DNA of 32,000 nucleotides. It comes from Pirellula staleyi DSM 6068 (lineage in GTDB: Bacteria; Planctomycetota; Planctomycetia; Pirellulales; Pirellulaceae). The notes under the pieces are model-generated. The model worked only from the letters and a program-made list of their open reading frames with translations. It searched no databases and had not been told where the DNA came from. Where the stretch lies: the NCBI GenBank assembly GCA_000025185.1, contig CP001848.1, positions 1,770,001 through 1,802,000 of the forward strand, given 5' to 3'. Positions 24,154-32,000 of this stretch are shown one piece after another. Made by a program: the position numbers and the translations under genes. Position 1 is the first letter of the stretch. The number at the start of each line of letters is the position of its first letter.

Positions 24154-25752
24154 ATGTTGACCACCATTTTGCGCTATCGCTCCCTGCTGCTCGCTTTGGC
24201 GCTGCTGTGGTCGGCTGCTGGTCGCTCCGCCCAGGGGGAGGATTCAGCCCCGATCGACGAGTCTTTGGCCCGCCGCGCCAAGATGGTGGCTCGCATCGAC
24301 GAACTGGTCGAAGCGCGCCTCGCTGCCGAGAAAATCTCCCCCGCCAGGAGGTCGAGCGATGGGGAGTTTTTTCGCCGCGTCCACCTCGATCTCGTTGGCA
24401 CCCTGCCTCGCGTGGCCGATGTTCGCGCGTTCTTGGCCAGCACCGACGAAAACAAACGCCACCAGGTGATCGACGCACTTGTCGGCTCGCCGCTCTATGC
24501 CACGCACCAAGCCAATCAGTGGCGAGCGCTGATGATCCCGGGAGGGATCAATCTCGAAGAGGCACAAAGCGTGGTGGGAGTGCAAAACTGGCTCCGCTCG
24601 CGCATGGCTGAAAACTTGCGCTACGATAATCTCGTCTCCGAACTGCTCGTGGCAACCTCGGGCGACGATCAAGGACCCGCGCTCTACTACACCTCGCTGC
24701 AGCTCGCGCCGGAGAAATTAGCTGCCAGCACAGCCCGCATTTTTCTCGGCATTCAGATGGAATGTGCCGAGTGCCACGATCATCCCTTCGATACGTGGAA
24801 ACAGACCGATTTTTGGGGCTACGCTGCGTTCTTTGCACAGCTTCGACGCCCTGAAGTCGACATGCCGGTTGCCGTTCAGCGGCAAGAGTTGGTCGATGTC
24901 GAGAGTGGCGAGGTGAAGCTCCCCAATAGCGAAACCGTGGTGCCGCCGAAGTTTCCTGGCGGCTCTGCTCCCGCCGATGACGAACTCGGAACGCGGCGCA
25001 TGAAGCTCGCGATCTGGATGGCCTCGCGCGATAATCCGTATCTCGCGCGGGCGGCCACCAATCGGGTCTGGGCACAGCTGTTTGGTCGTGGACTGGTCGA
25101 ACCAGCCGACGATCTCAGCCCACGCAATCCACCGAGCCATCCGGAATTGATGGACGAATTGACCCACTATTTTGTCGAAAGCGGCTTCGATCTGGCCGAA
25201 CTGTTTCGCACCATCACGCGCACGCGCGCTTACCAGCGCTCGAGCCAGTGGGAATTGCCCGGCGATCCCCCCGCCGACGAACTTCTGGCCCGCATGAATG
25301 TGCGACAGCTTTCGGCCGAGCAACTGTTCGACGCCATGAGCCGCGTCATCAGCCGACGCAATAACGGCACCAATCCGTTCACCGGTGGCACGAGCGAACT
25401 GCTCGATCCGCAGCGGATGGCATTCGTCGCCAAGATGAAATCGGTCGGCAAAAATGCGCTCGAGTACGAATCAGGAGTGCTGCAAGCCCTCACAATGATG
25501 AACGGCGTCGACACGCAGCTTGTCACCGGCAACGACAGTCCGCTGCTGCGAGGAATCGAACTTCCGCTGCTCGCCGACGAAGCACGCCTCGACACGATTT
25601 TCCTCGCGACACTTTGCCGCGAGCCGAGCGAGGAAGAACGAGCCGAGTATCTAAAAATCGTCAGCCAAACGAGTCCCAGCGATCGACGTCAGGCCTGGAG
25701 CGATGTCCTTTGGAGCCTCATGAACTCGGCCGAATTCACACTCAATCACTAA
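24154..25752 (+). CDS. DUF1549/DUF1553 domain-containing secreted protein (planctomycete PSD family)
   Basis: Start moved from the GTG at 24103 to the ATG at 24154, giving signal peptide MLTTILRYRSLLLALALLWSAAGRSAQGE. DUF1549 motif FFRRVHLDLVGTLP. DUF1553 motifs CAECHDHPFD and NRVWAQLFGRGLVEPADDL. Confidence 0.9.
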   Translation: MLTTILRYRSLLLALALLWSAAGRSAQGEDSAPIDESLARRAKMVARIDELVEARLAAEKISPARRSSDGEFFRRVHLDLVGTLPRVADVRAFLASTDENKRHQVIDALVGSPLYATHQANQWRALMIPGGINLEEAQSVVGVQNWLRSRMAENLRYDNLVSELLVATSGDDQGPALYYTSLQLAPEKLAASTARIFLGIQMECAECHDHPFDTWKQTDFWGYAAFFAQLRRPEVDMPVAVQRQELVDVESGEVKLPNSETVVPPKFPGGSAPADDELGTRRMKLAIWMASRDNPYLARAATNRVWAQLFGRGLVEPADDLSPRNPPSHPELMDELTHYFVESGFDLAELFRTITRTRAYQRSSQWELPGDPPADELLARMNVRQLSAEQLFDAMSRVISRRNNGTNPFTGGTSELLDPQRMAFVAKMKSVGKNALEYESGVLQALTMMNGVDTQLVTGNDSPLLRGIELPLLADEARLDTIFLATLCREPSEEERAEYLKIVSQTSPSDRRQAWSDVLWSLMNSAEFTLNH

Positions 25753-25790
25753 TTGCAGCCGCGCACCTGCGAGCATCCGTGCGATGGCAC

Positions 25791-26237
25791 TTAGGGCTTC
25801 GATTTCAGATCGAAGTTGTGCACGGCGCTACTGCTCGAGACTTCCACGTTCAGCGTCGATGCAGTGTTGTACTGTGCGGGAACGATCTCGTCGGTCGGAT
25901 CGACCGGCGCTGCTGTGGGGTCCATCCCTTCTTCAAACGGATCGATCCCTTTTGCGGGATTACCGGCCCGAATACGGACGAGCTTGGGCCCCGGCGTTGT
26001 CCCTTTTTCTACGCTGTCGTACTGCAGCGTGTAGTTCCCCTCAGCATCGGTGCGGCCACTCGAGCTTCGTCCGTCGCTCGAATGAAACGAGACATGCGCG
26101 CTCGGAAGTGGATTGCCGTCGAGGGTCACTTTGCCGGTCACAGGCACCAGCCCCAGCTCGCCGTAACCACCCCCCTCATCGCAGCCAACTACAAGCACGA
26201 TTGCCAAAACCAAGAGAGCCGAGAGATAGCGCAGCAT
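25791..26237 (-). CDS. Carboxypeptidase-regulatory-like (Ig-like beta-sandwich) domain lipoprotein
   Basis: Start moved to the ATG at 26237: MLRYLSALLVLAIVLVVGCDEG (lipobox). Then VTGKVTLDGNPLPSAHVSFHS...GRTDAEGNYTLQY. It lies downstream of the DUF1559 gene on the same strand. Confidence 0.75.
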   Translation of the reverse strand: MLRYLSALLVLAIVLVVGCDEGGGYGELGLVPVTGKVTLDGNPLPSAHVSFHSSDGRSSSGRTDAEGNYTLQYDSVEKGTTPGPKLVRIRAGNPAKGIDPFEEGMDPTAAPVDPTDEIVPAQYNTASTLNVEVSSSSAVHNFDLKSKP

Positions 26238-26321
26238 CAGATTGCTCGAAGTGATTCGTTCAGAGGGAGATGGTGGATGGGGGGGCTGACGTCGTCGTCC
26301 ATTACCACTAGCCATGCGCCA

Positions 26322-27248
26322 CTAGTAGTCGCCGATTGTTTCGCCGCCGTTGCGGCTGCCGAGCGCTTTGTAGGTGGCTAGGTTGATGGTGTACGAAACG
26401 AATCGCACGCTTCCATCGGCCAAGCAGAACATCGCCCCACCGGGGTGATAGCTGGTGTACGACAGCTCTTTGTAGTGGCCGTTGGTGGTGGCGATCTTCC
26501 GCGAGTTCATCGGCACCGCTGTCGAGCCAACAAACTCGCTGTACTCGGTTTGGTTATTCTTGATCTGAGGCGATCCGATGTACCAAAAGTCGGCGCTGTT
26601 GTTGTCTTGATTGAAAGCCGAGTCGTGCCACGATTCGCCAATCATGAAGGTGTTGGTCGTGCCGTCGGTGATGTCGCCGAAACGTACGCCGCTGTTGCCA
26701 AACAAAATCCCTTCGAGGTCGGCGCTTTCCATGTGACGACCAGAAATCGATCCCCCGGGATCGTCGCAATCGGCTGTGCTTGAAGCGACACCCCGGTAGC
26801 TGGCAGGAACCCGACCAGCGATGCCGTTGAAATCTTCCTTCGTCGCAGCCGCCATGCTCGGGCAACGATAGCCAGCAATCAGCGTTTCGCAGGCGGTGCG
26901 ATTGGGACCAGTGGCCGACCAGCTGTTCGTGGCATTAAAGTCGAGCGAGTTGTAGAGGTTGGTCTGTTCGATTTGGGGCAGAATCAAAGCGCTCCAGCCT
27001 GCACCGTTGGTGGAGATCCACCCTGAAGGGAAAGTTCCCAGCGTGTCGTGATAGTTGTGCATCGCAATGCCGAGCTGCTTCAGGTTGTTGCTGCACGACA
27101 TACGGCGGGCTGCTTCGCGAGCCGCTTGGACGGCTGGGAGAAGCAGCGCCACGAGGACACCAATAATGGCAATGACGACGAGCAGTTCGACGAGCGTGAA
27201 CGCGCGGCGATTGGCAGTAGCTTGAGACCCTGGAGGCAGATGACGCAT
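26322..27248 (-). CDS. DUF1559 domain protein with N-terminal prepilin-type cleavage/methylation segment
   Basis: RRAFTLVELLVVIAIIGVLVALLLPAVQAAREAARRMSCSNNLKQLGIAMHNYHD and C-terminal CLADGSVRFVS. The track start at 27275 is a GTG; I prefer the ATG at 27248. Confidence 0.9.
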   Translation of the reverse strand: MRHLPPGSQATANRRAFTLVELLVVIAIIGVLVALLLPAVQAAREAARRMSCSNNLKQLGIAMHNYHDTLGTFPSGWISTNGAGWSALILPQIEQTNLYNSLDFNATNSWSATGPNRTACETLIAGYRCPSMAAATKEDFNGIAGRVPASYRGVASSTADCDDPGGSISGRHMESADLEGILFGNSGVRFGDITDGTTNTFMIGESWHDSAFNQDNNSADFWYIGSPQIKNNQTEYSEFVGSTAVPMNSRKIATTNGHYKELSYTSYHPGGAMFCLADGSVRFVSYTINLATYKALGSRNGGETIGDY

Positions 27249-27632
27249 CGGGCGAAACCCTTCACGAAGAAACACGGCGACCGAATGAAATTAAAGCCAA
27301 GGAAAAAATGCAGATTCAAAAACCTGGGAAAGGATTCGTCCCAGTCTCGCTATTTTGCTGTCGCCAGAGCAAGCGGCTTCCCGCTTTTAAGAGACGATTT
27401 TCCTCAAAATAGTGACAATTCGTGAAGCAGTTGGCACGTCCAAATGAAGGTTGCGTGAAGTCGCCGGTCGCAGTCACTCCCGCATAGTGGCAGGTGAACC
27501 GGCACTGCATCGGCATTAGTTGCGGGAGCAGAGCGGCTCGCCGCAGCAGGCAGGCGCATCGCGTCACCCGGTTTGCTACAACAGTGCTGCTGGTTTGCGG
27601 CAGACTATCGACCACGAAGGGGAGCTCAAGGG

Positions 27633-29678
27633 ATGATTAAGCAGCCACTGGCACGTGCGTCACAGCGTGCGCGAGGCCTTGTCCGAGCGCTGGGGCTCGC
27701 TCTTGTCGCTGCGGTGATCAGCAGCGTTACGCTGATGGCTCAGCCAACTCGCTCCGATTCCAAAACGCCCGCCCCCGAAGTCCCCCTCGTGCGTCTCGAT
27801 TATCAGAACCCCAAACTAGTGGTCGATTTGGCCGTGGGACTTTGGGCCGAACCGCTACCGATCGACTACGACGGCGATGGCGACCTCGATCTCGTCGTCT
27901 GCTGTCCCGACAAGCCGTACAACGGCACCTACCTGTTCGAGAACCCCGGCCTTCCCCCCGGCGCTAAGCTGCCGATCTTCAAACCGGCTCGGCGGATCGA
28001 TGCGGGGCAACGTCACCTCACCGTGAACTATGTCGACGGCAAACTGCGTGTCCTCGGACCGGGCTACGAGTACCGCGATTTTCTCAGCAAGATCTATGGC
28101 GACCGACAGCCGATCAAACTCCCGTTCAAGGTGCATCAGCCCAAGGGAAATGTCCGCTCGCATCGCTGGAGTTTGGTGGACTACGACGGCGACGGCGCAA
28201 GCGACCTTCTGATCGGCGGCGACGACTGGGGAGACTACGGTTGGGACAACGCGTGGGACTCTGCTGGCAAGTGGAAGAATGGTCCACTGCACGGTCTGGT
28301 CTATATCGTTCGCAACGCTGGCACCGAGGCTGATCCGAAGTGGGAAGAGCCGCTGCAATTGACCGCAGGTGGCAAACCTGTCGATGTGTTTGGCTTCCCC
28401 TGCCCTGCTCTGGCCGACTTCGATCTCGATGGCGACCTCGACCTGATTTGCGGCGAATTTCTCGATGGATTCACACTTTTTGAGAACACCGGCTCGCGCA
28501 AAAAACCCGAATTTGCGTCTGGCAAACGACTCACCTCCGCTGGCCAGCCACTGGTGCTCGATCTCTGCATGATCGTGCCGCATCCGGTCGACTGGGATAG
28601 CGACGGCGATGTCGATTTGGTGGTTGGCGACGAAGATGGCCGCGTGGCACTCGTTGAGAATTTGGCGACGAAAGATCAGCCCGGTTTTGCGTTCGCCCAG
28701 CCGGTGTACTTTCAGCAGGAAGCTGGACCGCTGAAGTTCGGAGCGCTCGTCACTCCGGTTGGCTTCGACTGGGATAACGACGGCGACGACGACATCGTGT
28801 GCGGCAACACCGCTGGCTATATCGCCTGGATCGAAAACCTCGGGCTTACAGAGAATGGTCTGCCGAAATGGGCCGCGCCGCAGAAGTTGATGGTGACCAA
28901 TAGCAAAGGCAAAGCAGATATCTTCCGGGTCATCGCCGGACCAAACGGGTCGATCCAAGGACCTGCTGAAGCAAAATGGGGCTACACGACCATCGCGGTC
29001 GCCGACTGGAACCACGACAGCCTCCCCGACATCGTGCTGAACAGCATTTGGGGAAAAGTCGAGTGGCTCGAGAACATCGGTACACGTACGAAACCCAAAC
29101 TCGCAGCCCCTCAGCCAATCGAAGTCGCCTGGGAAACAGCCACCGGCCCGAAACCCGAGTGGACCTGGTGGAATCCCACGGGCAAAGAGCTCGTGACTCA
29201 GTGGCGCACCACGCCCGTGGCGATCGACTTCACCGGCGATGGGCTGATCGATTTAGTGATGCTCGATCACGAGGGTTATCTGTCGCTCTTCGAGCGTGCG
29301 AAGCGCGGAGATGCGACGGTCCTTTTGCCCCCTAAGCATGTGCTGGTCGACGAAAAACATCAGCCCCTCAAACTCTCCGGGGGAATTGCCGGAAAGAGTG
29401 GGCGTCGCAAACTCACGCTGGCCGATCGCAACGGCGATGGTCGGCTCGATCTGCTGCTCAACAGCCGAAACGCCGCTGTTTTCGAGCAACAGCCTCGATC
29501 GGGCGAGTTGTATGTCTTCGGCTCACCGCGCGACGTCTCGACCCAGAACATCGAAGGGCACGACACCAGTCCCACGCTGGTCGATTTCAATCGCGATGGG
29601 ACGAAAGAACTGCTGATCGGAGCCGAGGATGGCCATTTCTATTACCTTCCAGTGAACCCCGCTACAGCAGTGAAATGA
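27633..29678 (+). CDS. Secreted FG-GAP/VCBS repeat protein
   Basis: Start moved to the ATG at 27633 (signal-like MIKQPLARASQRARGLVRALGLALVAAVISSVTLMAQ; SD-like GAAGGGGAG upstream). Repeated Ca-binding-type loops: DYDGDGDLDLVV, DYDGDGASDLLIG, DFDLDGDLDLICG, DWDSDGDVDLVVGDEDG, DWDNDGDDDIVCG, DFTGDGLIDLV, DRNGDGRLDLL, DFNRDGTKELLIG. Confidence 0.85.
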   Translation: MIKQPLARASQRARGLVRALGLALVAAVISSVTLMAQPTRSDSKTPAPEVPLVRLDYQNPKLVVDLAVGLWAEPLPIDYDGDGDLDLVVCCPDKPYNGTYLFENPGLPPGAKLPIFKPARRIDAGQRHLTVNYVDGKLRVLGPGYEYRDFLSKIYGDRQPIKLPFKVHQPKGNVRSHRWSLVDYDGDGASDLLIGGDDWGDYGWDNAWDSAGKWKNGPLHGLVYIVRNAGTEADPKWEEPLQLTAGGKPVDVFGFPCPALADFDLDGDLDLICGEFLDGFTLFENTGSRKKPEFASGKRLTSAGQPLVLDLCMIVPHPVDWDSDGDVDLVVGDEDGRVALVENLATKDQPGFAFAQPVYFQQEAGPLKFGALVTPVGFDWDNDGDDDIVCGNTAGYIAWIENLGLTENGLPKWAAPQKLMVTNSKGKADIFRVIAGPNGSIQGPAEAKWGYTTIAVADWNHDSLPDIVLNSIWGKVEWLENIGTRTKPKLAAPQPIEVAWETATGPKPEWTWWNPTGKELVTQWRTTPVAIDFTGDGLIDLVMLDHEGYLSLFERAKRGDATVLLPPKHVLVDEKHQPLKLSGGIAGKSGRRKLTLADRNGDGRLDLLLNSRNAAVFEQQPRSGELYVFGSPRDVSTQNIEGHDTSPTLVDFNRDGTKELLIGAEDGHFYYLPVNPATAVK

Positions 29679-29843
29679 ACGTTTTACGCTCGATTGCAGC
29701 ACGGAAAAAATTTCGGTTTTGGGCACTTTTGGTGCTTTGAATGGATGTGCAGTCGATTAGACTGACAGACGCGGGACTTCTTGTCAGTCTGAAAATAAGT
29801 CCCCCAATCGCTATTTGAAAACCTCATCGGCTGGAATTCTCCC

Positions 29844-32000
29844 ATGCTACGACGCCTCTCCGCATCGTTTGCTATTGCGCTCTTTGCGTTTCAACTCTGC
29901 GCCCTCTTCGCGCCACCACTGCGAGCCGAAGATGCTCCGGCCAAAAAGGTCGAGCCAATCAAGGTGCTGTTCCTCGGCGACAAGGGGCACCATCAGCCGA
30001 AGAAGCTGTTTGACCAAATCGAGCCGGTGATGCGTCAGCGGAAGATCGCTCTCACCTACACCGAGAACATGCAGGACATCAGCAAGGAGAAGCTCGCTGA
30101 GTTCGACACCCTGCTGATCTTCGCGAACATCACCGAGATCGCCCCCGATCAAGAGACGGCGCTACTGTCGTATGTCGAAGATGGAAAGTCGCTCGTTGCA
30201 CTGCACTGCGCGAGTTTCTGCTTCCACAACAGCGAGAAGTACATCGCCCTGGTCGGTGGTCAGTTCAAACGCCACGGCACCGACACCTTCCGCACACGTG
30301 TCGAAAATCGCGAGCATCCACTCGTGAAGGGATACGGCGGTTTTGAAAGTTGGGACGAGACCTACGAGCATCACAAGCACAACGACAAAGATCGCACCGT
30401 GCTCGAGTATCGTCAGGAGGAGCCTTGGACCTGGATTCGGACGCAAGGCAAAGGACGCGTCTTCTACACCGCTTGGGGACACGACGAGCGCACGTGGGGC
30501 AACGTCGGTTTTCATAACCTAGTGGAGCGTGGCATTCGCTGGGCAGTGGGAGCTGATCTTTCGGTCGTCGCCCCATTTGCCGATCAACAAGCGATGAACC
30601 CGCCGCGTAAAGATGTCGCGCCGTTTCAGTATCAAGGTGCGAAGGTGCCGTTCTATCCTGCGGGACCTGGACGCAGCGGTGTAAAAGAAGGCGAGTATCC
30701 GATGCAGCTGCCACTCGCTGCCGAGGAATCGCAAAAGCACATCATCACGCCGGTCGACTTCCAGCCGCAGCTGTTTGTCAGCGAGCCGATGCTCGAAGGC
30801 AAACCACTTTGCATGGCCTGGGATCATCGTGGCCGCTTGTGGGTCGCTGAGTCGACCGACTATCCCAACGATCTTCAGCCGCGCGGCCCAGGTCGCGATC
30901 GGATTCGTATTTTCGAAGACACCGATAACGATGGAAAAGCCGACAAATCGACCGTTTTTGCCGATCAACTCTCGATCCCCACGAGCATGGCGTTTGGCCG
31001 CGGCGGTGTGATTATTCACATGGCTCCCGACACGCTGCTACTGCGCGACACCAATGGCGACGACGTTGCCGACGAGCGTCACACACTCTTCTCCGGCTGG
31101 GGTACGGGCGACACTCACGCAGGTCCAAGCAATCTGAACTACGGCCACGACAACTGGTACTACGGCATCGTCGGCTATAGCGGATTCGAAGGTCAAATCG
31201 CAGGCGAGCGTCACTCGTTCCGCCAAGGTTTCTATCGCTTCCAGGTTGCCGAGAAAGATGGCCAGCCCAGCGTCACTGGGTTTGAGTTCCTCCGCAACAG
31301 CAGCAACAACAGCTGGGGCGTTGGCATCAGCGACGAAGGCATTCTGTTCGGCAGCACTGCCAACGGCAATCCAAGCATGTACCTCGCGATTCCCAATCGC
31401 TACTACGAGCGCGTGAACGGCTGGTCGTCGAGCGTGCTCGAAATGATCGCCGAATCGAATCGCGTTTATCCCGTGACCGACAAGATTCGTCAGGTCGATC
31501 ATCACGGTGGATTCACCGCTGCTGCAGGCCACGCGATCTACACCGCGCGCACTTATCCTAGCACCTACTGGAATCGAACTGCCTTTGTGAGCGAGCCGAC
31601 CGGGCACCTCACCGCGACACTCGTGCTCACCGCCAACGGCGCCGATTTCCGCTCCAAGAATAGCTGGAATCTGTTTGCCAGCGACGACGAATGGACCGCT
31701 CCGGTCAGTGCCGAAGTCGGCCCCGATGGTCATGTGTGGGTGATCGATTGGTACAACTACATTGTGCAACATAACCCTACGCCAGCCGGTTTTCAGAACG
31801 GCAAGGGGAATGCCTACGTCACCGATTTGCGCGACAAAAAGCATGGTCGCATCTATCGCGTCGTCTACACCAAGGCAGCGCCTGCGAAGCCGTTTTCGCT
31901 AGAAAACGCGACAACCGAGCAACTCGTCGAATCGCTTGCCAGCGACAATCTCTTGTGGCGTCGTCACGCGCAGCGGCTGCTGGTGGAGCGAGGCAACTTG
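29844..32000 (+). CDS. ThuA-like domain plus putative membrane-bound dehydrogenase domain protein (PVC-type), 5' part only (runs off the right window edge)
   Basis: My own translation from the ATG at 29844 gives MLRRLSASFAIALFAFQLCALFAPPLRAEDAPAKKVEPIKVLFLGDKGHH...ALHCASFCFHN...GGQFKRHG...YTAWGHDERTWG (ThuA pattern). Then LCMAWDHRGRLWVAESTDYPN...IRIFEDTDNDGKADK (dehydrogenase-domain pattern). I translated to about 31180 without meeting a stop; the frame is exactly 719 codons to 32000. It is not in the ORF track because it has no in-window stop. Minus-strand track ORFs here are antisense shadows. Confidence 0.85.
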   Translation, partial: MLRRLSASFAIALFAFQLCALFAPPLRAEDAPAKKVEPIKVLFLGDKGHHQPKKLFDQIEPVMRQRKIALTYTENMQDISKEKLAEFDTLLIFANITEIAPDQETALLSYVEDGKSLVALHCASFCFHNSEKYIALVGGQFKRHGTDTFRTRVENREHPLVKGYGGFESWDETYEHHKHNDKDRTVLEYRQEEPWTWIRTQGKGRVFYTAWGHDERTWGNVGFHNLVERGIRWAVGADLSVVAPFADQQAMNPPRKDVAPFQYQGAKVPFYPAGPGRSGVKEGEYPMQLPLAAEESQKHIITPVDFQPQLFVSEPMLEGKPLCMAWDHRGRLWVAESTDYPNDLQPRGPGRDRIRIFEDTDNDGKADKSTVFADQLSIPTSMAFGRGGVIIHMAPDTLLLRDTNGDDVADERHTLFSGWGTGDTHAGPSNLNYGHDNWYYGIVGYSGFEGQIAGERHSFRQGFYRFQVAEKDGQPSVTGFEFLRNSSNNSWGVGISDEGILFGSTANGNPSMYLAIPNRYYERVNGWSSSVLEMIAESNRVYPVTDKIRQVDHHGGFTAAAGHAIYTARTYPSTYWNRTAFVSEPTGHLTATLVLTANGADFRSKNSWNLFASDDEWTAPVSAEVGPDGHVWVIDWYNYIVQHNPTPAGFQNGKGNAYVTDLRDKKHGRIYRVVYTKAAPAKPFSLENATTEQLVESLASDNLLWRRHAQRLLVERGNL

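Noticed and set aside
27855-29015. 386-aa minus-strand ORF
   Set aside because: It is antisense to the VCBS/FG-GAP gene. The repeated DxDxDG loops are only present in the plus frame.
30162-31844. Minus-strand ORFs 30162..30515, 30265..30714, 30519..31019 and 31038..31844
   Set aside because: All lie antisense to the plus-strand ORF beginning at 29844, which carries ThuA and dehydrogenase-domain motifs. They are shadow ORFs.

Overview
High-GC segment (about 58% in hand-counted 60-nt blocks, with a few 42-52% spacers). The gene content looks like a Planctomycetota, Pirellulales-like chromosome: a DUF1559 pilin-like protein, a DUF1549/DUF1553 protein, a VCBS/FG-GAP protein and a ThuA plus membrane-bound-dehydrogenase-domain protein sit among housekeeping genes. 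I support 23 protein-coding genes, 2 of them truncated by the window edges. Both truncated genes are missing from the supplied ORF track because they have no in-window stop. Confident calls are accD, rpe, glgC, asnB, a 3xPAS hybrid histidine kinase, an ArsR regulator, a G3E GTPase, a Ser/Thr kinase, a B12-type radical SAM protein and an ICMT-family methyltransferase. For many track ORFs I moved the start inward to an ATG that fits the conserved N-terminus or signal peptide. I recognised no rRNA, tRNA, CRISPR array, transposase or integrase. I cannot demonstrate a coherent novel multi-gene system from sequence alone. The leads most worth checking are: (1) a stand-alone EF-Tu domain-III-like mini-protein; (2) an ArsR with N-terminal Cys plus C-terminal vicinal Cys, divergent from an atypical CxCC G3E GTPase and upstream of an ICMT-like methyltransferase; (3) a uronate-isomerase-like enzyme fused to a ~330-aa hyper-acidic repeat tail; (4) a histidine-phosphatase-fold protein lacking both catalytic histidines, 20 nt downstream of rpe; (5) a 693-aa B12/radical SAM protein with a membrane-like C-terminal extension, divergent from an OMP; (6) two plus-strand intrinsic-terminator-like elements with no plus-strand gene to terminate; (7) a hairpin-dense asnB leader. 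All family assignments rest on motifs read by eye, not on database searches.
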